Part shown: in pieces, positions 1-14,400 of the stretch
Layout: each line of letters starts with the position of its first letter
Position numbering within the stretch: the first letter of the stretch is position 1
NCBI GenBank assembly: GCA_050084515.1
Contig: CM114271.1
Location: 19,716,001 to 19,780,000 of the forward strand
DNA: 64,000 nucleotides
Direction of reading: 5' to 3'
From: Blasia pusilla
Lineage: Eukaryota
Notes under the pieces: generated by a model
What the model was told of the DNA's origin: nothing
The model's input: only the letters and a program-made list of their open reading frames with translations
Databases searched by the model: none
Made by a program: the position numbers and the translations under genes

Positions 1-2
1 TC

Positions 3-71
3 CCTCATGAAAGTGCGGTCGGAGGTTTGATGTATGCGATGACATGCACTTGACCAGATATCTTATATGCT
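3..71 (+). mobile_element. Ty1/Copia reverse transcriptase C-terminal fragment (decayed)
   Basis: Translates PHESAVGGLMYAMTCT*PDILYA, matching the Copia RT motif PYxSAVGSLMYAMxCTRPDIAYA; one in-frame stop. Confidence 0.7.
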
Positions 72-899
72 TTTGTGGACATGTATTCCCATGATAACTT
101 TATCTACTCCCTGGGGCACCAGGCAACTATTTTACAAGGGAAGACAAGAACCCACTGGAACTGAGGGATGCCATCAATACAATGGGTCAACTTATTTTCA
201 AGGATAGAAGAAATACATTGGTGGACGAAGAAGTCTTCAGGAGATTGCAATTAATCTTGTCACACTTCATATGGCAAGATATTCCTTTAAGGAAAGAAGG
301 GGAATATCCACGGTGGTATCAATACCCTCTTTGAATGCATGATCAACTCCTAAGATTATGGGACAGAGAGTGAGAAGTGTTCTTAATCAATCCCATATAG
401 ACGACTCAAGGAGCAAAAGAAGATGCAAAAGCCGATGAGGGGCTTGAGAGAACACTTTGACGAGGATTACAAAGGCCATTAATTAATGCTAGGGGAAGAC
501 ATGGTGAGACATATGAATCAATGTTATGTTTGTCCAAAGATGAAAATATGGTGTATTTAATGGATCTTGCATGTCCATCGAAGATGAACTTCGTCAAGTC
601 AAAAGCATATACCAAATTTTGTGGCAATTTGAATTAATATTTTTTTGAAGTAGTTAAGATTATAAAATTGTAAAAATCAAGATAATATCCTGAATAGATA
701 ATGCCTTATTTATGTTTTAAAATAGTGGTGAAGATTTCACATAGAACTTGTAAGTATCTTCGTTTTTCCTCCAATTTCCTTTCCTCCAATTAAAAGATTT
801 CTCTCCCCTTTGCTCCCAAAGAGTATAAGAAATTTTATTTTTTTTAATATAGCCTGGAGTATAAGAATGCCACATTGCGTATAAGATCAAAGCTAAATT

Positions 900-1560
900 T
901 GTTCATTTTCAATTTTTCCTAACCTCCTCCCAAATCTTAGGAAAGATTTGGGAGGAGGAAACACCCCAAAGTACAAAACTCCCAACATCATTAAGAAGAC
1001 CCACCAGCAACACTTTATACCAAAAGTTGAGATTGACATTTCTCCCCACCACCAAAACAATCCATTTCAAATTAAACATAATAAACAGACCCATTTTATT
1101 ATATCAAACCTTCCTAAGAAGTTTTAGTGACGAGGACTAAACACCCAAAACTATAAATAGCCCAAGGTCATTTCAAATACTTGCGAGCATACCTATAAAT
1201 GCAAAATGAGACTGAGATTTTTCACTTGAACTAACAACAATCATTTTGGCTTAAACTTGATAGGGATGTCCATTCTAGAACATCATATTTTTCTAAGAAG
1301 TTATGGGGAAGAGGACAACACCCAAAATGCCAAAATTTCCAACCGTCATGATCATACTTATAAATTGAGGTTGAGACATTTCACTCGAACAGAAAACATG
1401 CATATTGGCTCAAACTTGATAAGAATGCCCATTTCATTACATCATACTTTCCTACAAAGTTTTAGAGAAGAGGACTTAACAACCTCACCAACAAGAATCT
1501 CAAATACTGTAGCGCACTCACGTTGGAGTCTACCAAAGAAGATTAGGTTGGCAAACTTTC
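900..1560. repeat. Degenerate tandem repeat, about 4 units of ~160-195 bp
   Basis: Recurring TT(C/T)CTA..AAG..GAGGA..AAC and GAGA(T/C)TGA(C/G)ATTT-like motifs starting near 916, 1111, 1289 and 1449. Confidence 0.55.
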
Positions 1561-2416
1561 AGCTCTCTTTCCATTTACCTTTTCAAGTCATCTACAACAT
1601 ATTTTCTAAAATCTACTTCCATCTGCATTTGCATGTAGTGTTTTTCATTACAAATTCTTCTCTTCTTCCCGCTCCTACTTCCTCGAAGACTAATCTCACT
1701 CCCCTCCAATCAAACTTGGCTCAGAGGATTTCCAAGTTTGGGATCTTCCGTCATACTAATTACCCTTGCAACGGTTAGTGTCCTCCCGGAAACAACCCCA
1801 GCCAATCTGTTCAAATCCTCTTGGGCGGCACTTCAATTGGAACATCGCCGTTTTTTAGCATGTGAATGGGTTTAATAGTAGAAATCAAGCACCCCAGGCC
1901 ACACGTGTGATGGGCCTTGCATCCAGATTGACAGAATCATCAAATTGTCATTGCATCTATTTAAGAAAAAACTCTAACAAACTTTGTGGAAACAATTATA
2001 TATACTAGTGAAATTTAAGAAGGGATCATAAGACTTCAAGAGCGACTATTCTCCATGTGAGAATTCTTGTGACTGTCTCCTCCGTATGGGAATTCATGTG
2101 AGTGACAATTCTCCACTTCCGAATTCAGACTTCGGATTTGAAACGAAAGAGGTTGGCCACATATATGTGAGGTTCTGCAGTAAACCTCACATATGGTTGT
2201 AATTGCCATGTCATAGTCGAGAAAGAATAAAACCTTCAAACATGTCTGGCATAATACATGCATGTAAATCACCATAACAGTTAGTACACCATCCTCACCT
2301 GACCCTAACCTTTCCAGGAGACCATGCAACTTATCAAAACAAAACATATGGCTGCAGGAGCAGCACCTCACTGCAGGTAAAGAATAAGGGTTAGGTAAAA
2401 TTATACACAAAAGAAT

Positions 2417-5400
2417 TCACGTTTGGCCTGGCCGTCGCTTGCCATCAGCCCATGATCTTTTCACTTTCGAATTTGATGAGGTCCTTTTCCCCACTTTAGT
2501 TTCCTGCAATCCGACTTTCTCACTAACCTCTGGGCTTGCTGTGTGCAGCCTGTCAAGGGGCTGAGTTCTCCTGGTTCCAACTGGCCTAGGCTTGATGACA
2601 CTACTTCTACTTGGTTCTCGAAGCTCTTCCAGACTATGACTAACATTAAACAATCGACTATTGGGTTTGCTGGCTACCCGTTCCCTACCTCCACGTTTTT
2701 TCTTGTGAATTACAAGATCAACAGGATGCACTATCCCACCTCTATTATCTTCTACCTTCTCACTTGCAGCAAATTCACCATTCTTTTTTGTCTGTTTACT
2801 CTTCTCCTTAGCTGTTCTCTTGTTCTTCTTCTCCATGTGTACCACCTTCTCTTTGGTGTTCACCTCCGGGTTTGAAATAATCGTGTGCTTGGTGGAAGGT
2901 CGTGCAGAGCTCCATCTGGTAACAGGTGTCCCCTCACCTAGCGATTTGACTTCCGCACTCTCTGGTTGCTCTCCTTTCCGTAACCCAAAAGCTGTAGCAG
3001 GATTGAGTTGGGGAGGTGGGGCCACATGTTTGGTTCTAACCAAACTAAAGTCGACATCAGGAAATTGGAGTCCCATTCGCTGGAAGAACAAGGCTTGTAA
3101 TCTGCGAGCATCAGCTTGCACCTAGCAAACCAAAAGCACTAACTTAGCCCCAGCTTCAAGAAGATTCTCAGTTTCAGGGATACTTTCAACCCTTTCATAG
3201 CAAATACTTTTTGACTTGATGAATTATGAACTACAAAAGACCAATTAAGTAGAAAAGTTGGCACACCTCAGTAGAGAAGTTGTAGCGGGCTACATTGTCA
3301 AGCATTAACTGTACATCTGCAGCGAAGTCCAAGACTCCAGGATACTCCAAATGGTCAAGGCGGTGCTCAATTGTTCGAGCATCAATGGGCCTTAAGATGA
3401 CCTTGTAATAATCTGGGCACTCATTCCGTTTTGGGAGCTCCGTGAATAAGGCAGCAACTGTGCGACCTTCCTTGTTAACTGCCCCTTGCAACTTGCCAAG
3501 TACTGCCTTGCACTGCAGATTCATTCAAACGGATGTCAAACAGGACTCTGAATTTCATGACACAAAGTCCACATTTGATGAAAGCCAGGTCCAAGTAATA
3601 TAGTAGTGTTAAGTCATAAGCATTAACTCAGATGGAAGCACCCTGAGCTGCTCCCACCCCACACTCTCACCTGCTCAACATACCCAGGCTGCATTACAAG
3701 CCCCTCACAAAAGTTTGATCAGACAAACTGCATGATTAACACAGGTAACAACATTTACCATCAGAAAATAAATGGCACTAATGCAGGCATACCTTCTTTT
3801 GGGTGTTGTCCGGCATCCTTGCACCACCACCCCAGTTTGGTATACCACTTGTATGTCCCAAAACATTTGGGTGCACCAGAGCATTTGCATGTGCCATCAT
3901 ATTGTTGTGTGCATTGACATGTGCTAATGTATTGACATGCACCACGGCATTCGCATGTGAAAGTCTTACATCTTCAACAGGCTCTTGAAAACCATTGGCC
4001 CAGCTACGTTTGAAGACAATGCGAGGCCGTGTATTCACAAGGTTTTCAAAAGGCCTACCACTTGTACTTGGAGGCATCAACTGTCTAACATTGTTAGCTA
4101 ATCCCCATTGGAAAGGTCTATCATAGGGCATCTCCATGACCTCATTGACTCTCTGTGGTTGGGCTTGTCTGGGATCAAATCTTGGAAACTGTGATTGAAA
4201 GGGAAACATTGGGTTCATTCCACCTATTCCGTCATTACTTCTATCACTGCCTCCATCCAGATGAGTCATGCGGCGGTGCCGATTACTTCGCTTGCGCTTC
4301 CTCTGTGGTTGGACTACGTGCTCCTCCTCTGCATCTTCGCGCTCTTGGGCCCAGCTCTCAGATCTAAGAGTGTCCGGGGATTCCCCACCTGAGACTGCAA
4401 TTTCTCCTTCTTCTAAGTCTTCCACCTGCCAAGGTAGAAAACCATAAATTTGACGATCTAGTAGTCAGCAAACATAAACGAGTGCAGCACTAGAGACAGA
4501 AATGTTATTAAAATCTGAACCCTGGCATGCACAGATCAACACGACTCAAGACACATCTACATCTGAATTTAGTTAAGAGATATAAAAAAACTCTTACTAA
4601 ATATGTGAGATCAGCAAGCAGAACACCAAGGATGCTTTGATTGCAACCCATCCAATGCATGACCACTCACCAGTTCCTGTCTAGTTGGCCTGCTTTCTAA
4701 AGCAGCCAAAGAACCAAACCTCCTTGCCTGTCCTCCATGAAGAGACCTTCGATTCACCTCTGTGTGTAATGCTCTCCTTGCCAACTCATCCCCATCATCA
4801 GATGATGTTGAGTTGGATGCATGATCTCGATGGCCTCGATCGTAGAATTCATCATCTACGTCTTCCTCTACAATTTCCTCCACAAACGTGTCCTCTCCAT
4901 CTTCCTCCAGTTGTCCTTCCTCCTCCATTTCACCCTCTTCTAATTCTGCCTCCACTATGACATCCTGCTCATCAGCTATCTCTCCCTCCTCTTCCTCCTC
5001 CACTGAAAGATGCTCGTCCTCTATGGATGCAACTCCCTCTTTGTCTTTCTCTACAACTGCCACCACTGGTGATCCTCGTTGATACTCAACTTCCTCCTCT
5101 ACCTTCCTCATCTTTTGCTTCTTCGATCCCTTTGGACGAATTCCCATAGCCTCATTCTCTGCATCAGCTTTTCTTTTATTAGCTTTTATCAGGGCCTTTG
5201 CTTTAGCAGCCTTGGCAAGTATCCTTTCCTCCTCTTCCCTTGTCCCAATGGCGCCGACAAGGCCCTGCTTCATGGCCTGCTTAGAGGTTGCTGCAACCGC
5301 TGCATTGACCTCTTGTGAACCCACACGAAGCCACCTTTGAACATCCATGTGCTTGATCAATTCTCCTGGCCAGTTTTCCTCATCATCCATCTGATCAAAC

Positions 5401-8400
5401 AACTCTACCTCCTCATCTGTTCGAGCAATCATTCTATTCACTTCTTGCAGCGTAGGAACATCATGCACAGTCTCCTGGTACCTTTCTTCATCATGTAAAA
5501 GAGCTTCCAACGTCAATCTTCGTTCTTCTTGACTAGTCCGCTGGTCAAAACGTCCCGCATTAATTACTTCATCGGCCATGTCAATCTTGTGTTGTTGAAT
5601 ATTGTTGCGTACCAAACTCTCCACAGAGCCCATGTAGCGATCCTTGCCAGCCATTTCATCATCACTGTCAACACTACCTCCACTTCTTATCTCATCTTCT
5701 TTCTGATAACTTGACAGAGTCTCCACTACCGCTTCCATATAGATCACCCTTACCTCCCGCTTCTGACCAATTCGATGTGCTCGAGCAACGGCTTGTTCCT
5801 CGTTTTTTGGATTCGGATCTGGGTCATAAATCACCACTGTATCTGCCGATTGCAGATTTAAACCTCTCCCAGCTGCACGTATACTAAGCAGAAAAATGAA
5901 TATTTCTGAGCCAGGTCTATTGAATTCTACAATAGCAGCTTCACGAGCATCCAAAGTGGTAGTCCCATCAATTCTCCGATACGTCAGCCTGCGCCATTGT
6001 AAGTACTCTTCCAATATATCTAGCAGTCTAGTCATTGTACTGAAGAGAAGAACTCGATGGCCAGTCCGGTGTAGTTTCACTAAGATCCTGTCCAAGATCC
6101 AGAGTTTCCCACATGTTCTGATAACGCTGTCATTTAGCATGTGACCTCGGGGGGGATAGTTCAAATACGGATGGTTGCATACTTTCCTCAACTCCATACA
6201 CTTATTTTGCAGAGGAGCATATGCTCGAACTTGACGCTTGTTGTTATTTCCAGCTACTCTCTGTTCTTCATCCAGAGGATCAAGTCGAATTGTTCCTGTT
6301 GCTTTCACCCAGTCATAAATGGCCGCTTGATATCCAGACATCTTGCATTTCAATATGACAGATACCTGGTAAGCAACACCCACCACATCCACCAGTGAGG
6401 AATTTAAGCATCATACTCTGATGGGCCACACAAGGGAGTAGAACACAAGGATGAGGACCTTCAAATCCACCCAAGAAGACCGCAAAGTCACAACTGAATC
6501 TAAAGAGGCTTTCTTTGTCCAGTCCATATTGCAGTGTACCTTTTGTGGTAGAGATCCCTCAACATCCTCAACTCGTCGACGAAGCATGAATGGCTCAAGA
6601 ATTTGATGCAACCTATGGATGACAATGACCTTCTTCTCTGTCTCCAACCAATCATCTTCATCGTTCTGACCAGTCGGTGCATCCCTTTGAAAGGGTTTGG
6701 CAAACCAATCATTGAAGGCTTTGCTACTATCAAATACTTCAGGTAGAAGAAGATTCAAAAGTGACCACAGCTCATTCAAATCATTCTGCAGTGGGAGTAA
6801 GTGTCAGTAGCGAAACCGGCACACATGTATCAAGATTTCAGATCTCCATCGTTGAAAGCTACCAGTAAGGTTACAAAATGCCATTTGACATAGACACACA
6901 GTATGCAAAGAGTGGGCAAACAAGAAAACAATAAGGATAATCAGAACATTCAACAAAAACCTGGATAATGCTTCACAAAAATAAGCCTGGAAATAAGTTA
7001 AAATGGGACAATTCAAAGAAGACTTCAGTTTGCAAACTTGGATTCCTACAAGATAAATTGGCTTCATTGTATTTTACTTCAAATAAACACTGTGATTTCA
7101 AGATCAGTGGGCTGTCACAACTTGCATTTGATGCAGACTTACTGAATAGCCAAACCAAAAGGCTACGTGTGGTAGAGCAACAAAGGCAGTCCCTTTATTT
7201 TTCTACTTCCTAGCACACTTTCCCACCAATTTCAGTTCCAACATTCTAATGAGGACACACCTGCAATGGAGTGCCTGTCAGAAGCAGTCGGCGCTGACAA
7301 CGGAAGCGGTCAAGATCTCTTGCAAGACGAGATTCTCTATCCTTCATTCGTTGTGCCTCATCAATGATCATATATTTCCACTCCACCTTAGACAACTTTG
7401 CACGGTCTCGCATTATGAATTCATATGTTGTCACCAGTATGTTGAATTTCATGGCTGTCACCTCCTGCATGACGACATGGAATAACAAGTCAATGTCAAA
7501 AAAAATTGATGTTTCAAAGCCAGTTATATACACATTCTACCCACCAGTTGCCCAGTCATTGGACCCAGAGAAGAAAATTCACTCTAGGAACAGAGAGTTA
7601 CTTCTTACTCAGCCAATGAGCCACCATACCGTTGTGAAAATTTTGGTGCGCTGATCCTTCCCACCAACATAAAATATACAAGACACTGATGGGAGCCACC
7701 GTAGCAATTCACTCTGTAAGCACAAACAATTGGCCCCAAGTTATTTCAAACTAAAGCAATTAACAAGCACAAATATTGTTCCCCTATTTTTCATAAAACA
7801 GTCTGCTAGTACGAGGGCCTAGTCCTCCCAAAATGCTTACTTCTTACATAGTACAGATCTTTGAATAACACAACTTTGAGGCAATCAAATGAGAGATTCT
7901 ACACAACCTTTCCCACTCACCTTCCAATTTACGATAACTGCATTAGGGACTATAATAAGATGTGGCCCATAGTTGCCTTTGAACTCCATCAAATAAGCAA
8001 CAAGTGCCATGACCTGTGAGAATTACAGACCAAAATGTCCACAAATTTAAAGAAGACCATGATGTCCATACAGCATAGAAAGAGAGGCAAGCCCTGTTGA
8101 CAACTTCTCGTTAATATGCTTAATGATTTCTCTCAACAAAAATCCAGGGTGAAATGTTGAAAGATGTTGTGAACCCTAAACTTGGACTGGTGATGAGTTC
8201 TGATAACATACCTGTACAGTTTTACCCAAACCCATCTCATCAGCCAAAATTCCGTTTAACCTATTATTGTACAGAGACAGCATCCATTGCAGACCAACCT
8301 GACACAGCATTTACACAACAAGATCATCATCCAATCTTAAACCTCCAAACCCAGACAACTAAAAATCAGACAAGCACCTTTGGTGGCACACATGTTACAA

Positions 8401-11400
8401 GGCACCTAATGTACTCACAAGCTGGTAATCCCGCAATGTTCCTGCTCGAAGCATTGAGGGTTGCCTCAATATTTGCTCATTCACAGCATGTGCCAAACTG
8501 TAATACCTGTACGAGAGCACATACAATCTCACATTGAGATCAAAAACTAAAACTGAAGTACAATTCCGCAAGTCTTTAACCATGAAGTATAAGACAAACT
8601 GCAAGCTAGCAATCCAATATTAAAACAGCAGGAGGATAAATAGAGAAAGTTGCTCTTTAGGGAGAGGCAAGGATTTAAGCTTGATGAACTCTTGTTTCCC
8701 AGTTGACATGTAATTCCACAATACAGCCAGACGTACTGGAGTTAATGATTTAGACTTTAGGTGCTAATGATTAAGTCCACTCTTTTCTAGATACTGTTTT
8801 AGGGTGGACTCGAAAGCAATCCTCTTACAAAAAGTTCTAACTCAAGTTATCCACAAATACTATGTAAAGAACTTGAGTTAAAACTAAATTGATTAAAATG
8901 CCTCCATGGCATCACATGGTGTTCAATAGCCTCAAGGGGGAGATAATCACCTATTCACAGATGAACCCTTCAGAGACTCATCATCTGAAGCCCAGTCTTT
9001 CCTTGACACTTCTTCACCTGCTCTAGCTGCAGCCTCTTCAACCTCTTCCTCAGAGAGCCCCTGAAATTTTACGACATTGTAAATCACAAGTCTCCAAAGA
9101 GTTTTGATTTTCTGATGAGTAATCACTTTCAAATACAGACATGGCCTCCGCCCATCCCCAACTAATTTCTTGTAGACAAGAGGCCACTAAACTTACAGCT
9201 CTAATCTGCGCATAGCCCAACTAACCTGTGCTCTGGCAGCTGTAGCAGCAAACAAAGCAGCTTCTTCTCGTTCTTGCTGGTTCTTCACAGCGGAAATCTT
9301 TCCCCCCAACTTCTGGAGATATTCCTCTGTTTGTGTTAAGAACGATGAGAGCACCTCAAACCGCTCTCCTGCATCACCTGGCATTTGTGTTTGCTGTTGT
9401 CGGAGCATCTCACGATAGGCATCAACATCATTATTCTTCAGAGCCTCCATCCTCTTTATTCGGTCCTCATCCTTCTTTTTGGAGAATTCTCTCAGCATTC
9501 TTTCATGATATTTTGCAACACCACGATTTCGGGAAATCCTGGCATCACGGGTTGCCCATTGAGATTCTAATAGCTTCTTCCGCCACTGAAACAAGGACTT
9601 CAACTGCTTCTCCCTCACATTCTTTTGCATCATCATGACATGCCTGGCCAGATCTGCCCGCTGCCGTTCACACAAACGGACAAACTTGCGATAAGCCCTT
9701 TCTCCCATAGCCATAATCTCCTGTTGCTGCTCCTCTACTTCATCCCGGATTTTAGATTGAAGTTCCATCAACCGTAACTTTCGTTGCTCAATGCGTAACT
9801 TTAGAATATGCTCGGAACGCAACTCTTTGCTATCATTTCCAGATGTCAGCAGCTCCTCAATCGTTTTCAATCTGTCACTACGTTTCCTGTCAACAACTCT
9901 GACACCCTCTTCTAGTAACAGTACCCGAACATCGTAGCCAAGAACTACAGGCTCCCCCCAACCACTTATCTGAGCTCCAACTCCTTCAACTTTTCTAGAA
10001 ACAGATGGGAAATCATAAAGAGGGCCATGATGACGCTTCATAACCTGCGAATTCTTCTCAGTAGGAGAACTGTTGGCTGAGGCTAAAGGAGCATTCTTCA
10101 CAGTGCTACCACCTCCAGAAGTGTGAGCACCTTTCGAGCTAACAAAGCTACTCTTTGTGCCAGCCGTGTCTGCCTTGATAGCTGTTTCCAACTTCACTCC
10201 CGGCTCTGTCTTCACAACTGAAGGGACCTCCTTATCTTGCTTGGTAAGAATGTTGGCATCCGAAGTAGATGGGTGAATTTGGATATTTTCAGTCTCCCTA
10301 CTCACTGGGGCTTCTCCTTCCTTCCCAGTAGAAGGTGTTCTCACAGATGAGCATGCCACTTGTGAACTATCTTCTTTTTGTTCAGCCGATACTGAGGTTC
10401 CGGTCAATGAAGGGGCTGAAGAACCAGATACTGAACTCACACCTCGATCAGGTAGAGCAGGTTGACTGACCACAGTACGACTTTGGTGCGCGGCAGTTGC
10501 AGGGGTATTAAGTGGATGGGGGGTAATAGCTCGAAGTAGCTCATCTGACAGGCGTTCATTTTTCTGCAAATTAAACAAAAAGTAAGCAAATACTACAGAT
10601 ATACCACACAACCATAACCTGCCCATAAATAAGTTAACAAGGTAAGAGTACCATCAGTGCCATTCCTGTACCTTGATCCTTCGGAATGCCAAAATCTGTG
10701 ATCGCAACACATAGAGCTGATGCCTAGTAAATCCCATGCTCTCCTGCAGAGGTGGTTGCGGCTGATGTTGCTGCTTCTGTTTAGAAGGTTGCTGCTGGGC
10801 CACTTGTTGCTGCTGGGCTACTTGTTGCTGCTGATGATGCTGCTGCTGTTGTTGTTGTGCCTTCAATTGCTGCTGCTGTGTCTGTTGTTGTTGCTGCTGC
10901 TGCTGCTGAAGCAACTGCTGTTCCTGCTGCTGAAGTAAGAGCTGCTGCTGCTGCTGCTGCTGTTGTAGCTGCTGCTGTTGCTGTTTCTGCTGTTGCATGC
11001 TGCTGCTGCTGTTGCTGTTGCTGTAATTGGTGTTGCTTTTGTTGTAAAATCTTCTGCTGCTGCTGCTGATGTTGTTGCTGCTGCTGCTGTAACAACTGCT
11101 GCTGCTGATGCTGTTGTAAGTGTTGCTGATGTTGTATTAATTGCTGCTGCTGTTGTAGCATATGCTTCTGCTGTTGTAGCTGTTGATGATGCTGCTGTGA
11201 TTGCTGAGAAGAGCCTACAAAGGAGCCCTCCGATTTCTGAGATTGTATACTTTGCCTCGCAGCCTGCTGCTGTTGCAACTGTTGCTGCTGCTGCATCAAC
11301 TGCTGCATTTGCAGACTACCTGGTACAACTTGATTGCTGCTTCGTGGCACCATTTCCGCCTTGAGAGGGAGCATTGGAACCGTTGAAGCAGTTGGTGAAG

Positions 11401-14400
11401 TTCCAGAAACCATGACAGTAGGAGTCATCTGAGCCCTGCTTAAGCCATTGGCCGACCTATCCATGGACACTTCCATCATCGATAACCCAGAATGCTGGAA
11501 AGAGGAAAAGCTTGCACCCGCTGACGGGGTACTTCCCATGGATGATGAAGCTCCGCTCAAGTGAGCAGTCCCATAGAGTGTTCCAGATGCCATGTAGCCA
11601 CTAGTCATGGGATTTTCCTGCATGCTCGATCCACTCACACCTGATAACATGCGATCCTGCACCACTGCTGGAGGCATCATCTGTGACATGGAAGAAACTT
11701 GCTGTGAGGTAAACCCAGCTTGGGCAGCTTTCTGAATGACTGCTAGATGTGCCTGTAATTGAGGAATATATTGGTTTGGCAAAGGTGGCTGAGAGGATGT
11801 GCCCTGAGGCATGTGCTCAATAATTCTAGGCTGAGCTTGTGGAGTCTGGCCAATGGACGCCTGTGACCCTTGCCCAGTAGCTCCCATACCTCCATATTGT
11901 ACATTCAGGCTATTTTGTGCACGCTGTGGATTTATTCCATGCGATGAGGATGACCTGGGTATGTTCCCTTGCATTAGAGGTGACTGAGTTTGAAGAGAGG
12001 CTCCATCCGGCCTGGTCTCCTGATTAGGACGCATCCGTTGTGCGCCAAATTGGACACCTTGTAGAGACGACTGGGATTGCTTTCCCGATTGAAGTTGCAT
12101 CAACTCGTGTGCTTTAAGATTGCTTGCTGCTTGCAAATCCTGAGATATACCTGCTTGAGGATAGGACTGACCGATCCCTGGTTGAACTTGGACAGAAGCT
12201 TGGGCTTTGAATTGAGCAGCATGCAAAGCATGCTGCAAGTAGGCCTGACTATGCAACTGTCCTTGCCCCTGCCCGTATTCTAGAGCAGCCTGGTTGGCAG
12301 CCTGCGCTTCATTGGATGTTTGCGCAGGCCCAGGCTTTTGGGCTACATCCAGGAAAGCCCTAGGTGGAAGCGGCAGTGACAATGGGCTTCCCTGCCCAAT
12401 GCCACCGCCACTACCACTGCCACCAATCCCTTGAAAACTGCCCGACAAGGACTGCGCTTGGAGAAATGCTACCACGTTCTTATACTGTGGTGAGTCGGTA
12501 TACTGTTGACCACTGTCTCTCAATTGCTGCAACTGCTGTAGGGCCTGTCATGTGCAACAACTCTCCCATTAGGACTCATGCCAACATCATTGATGAAAAC
12601 GAATCTCTGTGGTGGACAACGCTTCGCTACACTGAGAGCTGTGCGACTTCACATATGAACCATTCAATGGGCTCGCAAGACCAGCTCGTATCAACAGGAC
12701 ACTAGTGAACCTCGTTCGAGTTATCCTCAGGACCAGAGACTCCCATGCTACACTCCACAGAAAGAAATCTCGCCCATTTCTCCTAAAGTTTTGCTAAAAC
12801 TTCTGGAGTCGCGCGGCGATGTTCAACAAAAGAGACACAGTACAGAAGCAACAACTGGTTTCGGCGAAAATGTTCGAATCATTCTTTTCTGCAACGGATC
12901 AGGGAATAACAGAGAAACAGAAAGACCACATGAAGCTCCCCGACAACGCTGATTTCTTGCAATGCGGTCGGGAATACTATCGTAACCATAGCCATGGCGG
13001 GTTGAAAAAGAGGTAAAACGACTATCACGAGTTTCTACGGCCTCTCGGAGAAAATTCGATGGTAAATTATTCAAATTGCTCATTCACATAACCACCGCCA
13101 ACGAACGGATGGAAGAACGGCCTGCACGTAACCTCATCACGGACAACTCTACATCGCTACAGAGTAGAAACACTTCGCTGGAGGACCCAGGTATGCGACC
13201 AGAACTGCAACTCTCAATGAAGTACTCAGGAGGCTCCTTTGCCCACGACAGCTCTGCTGCCAGAGATGACCAAAACCAACAAGAAACATTCAGGGAAGAC
13301 CGACGGCGAGACCTACAACCCTCCAAAATCATCATCGAGACGGGCGCTAATGGGCAATGCTGCGACTGGAAGTTCGAGGACAAAATAATAGGATAAGCAT
13401 CTCCCCTTTGACAGCTCTTCATGCGGCCAACGCCTTCAGCATGCTCACCATTAGACATCACTATCCTAATCCTTCCGAATAACCTTCCCCAATCTATCAA
13501 GTTCCACCCAATGGCTCACCTTCAAGTACAAGTACAACCTCTACTGGGCAAAACTCCACATCGCTCAAAGGATGGGAGGGGACTTCCGACCATAGGTATT
13601 TAATTGGGATGCCAATTCCAGAGAAGCGAACGTACTACTAAGTCAAGGAGGTAAGTTCGTGTACAGACTGAAACACGAAGAAGGCCGGCAACCCTTCCGT
13701 GGGAAAGCCCCGGGACGCTCATTCATGGCTGCAGTTGAGATACGTCGGAATAGGGCTGAAGAAAACAAAACGACGATGAGATGGAAGGGACGTAGAGTCA
13801 GAGGAGGACGAGATTTGGAGGATGGAGCACTCTTGGGTTGGCACGAATGACATAGCCGTTGACAAATCTCACAGAAAAAACGAAGACTATGTAGGAAGCA
13901 AACTACTGCTCTATGCCTCTTGCCATGCCTTCCCAAGAGAATCAAAAGGCGGATGAGATGACAACACGCAGATGTTTCAAACTGTTGAAGAACCAAACAC
14001 GATTCCCGCAGTGACCACATAATCACTTCCCTTGAAAGTACCACCAGCACGCGGAGGACATCCATTAGGCTCGAAAATCAGCGTACTTCCCGGATGCGCT
14101 CCTCCAAAGCTACACCGACTATACTTCAGATTTGCGACATAAAGCTTTGAGAAATGTTGCTAGCTACCAGGAACCCTAACAATCGAACTCCAAAGGACCC
14201 ACACTGAGTACCACAACCCGAGTTCGATCCAAAATTATGAACATAAGACGCGGAAACCATACAGGAGTGGCCCAAACCACATTAAATCGTGAGCGAAGGC
14301 ATTGATCATGCCCGTCGAGACTCCAGTCTAAAAGGATAACAGAAACGATTAATCAGACAGATAACAAAAGAAGTGGCAAAGATCAAGTGGCTCAGCGAGT

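Noticed and set aside
10720-11386. Poly-Leu/Ala/Cys ORFs on the + strand
   Set aside because: Antisense shadows of the CAG repeat.
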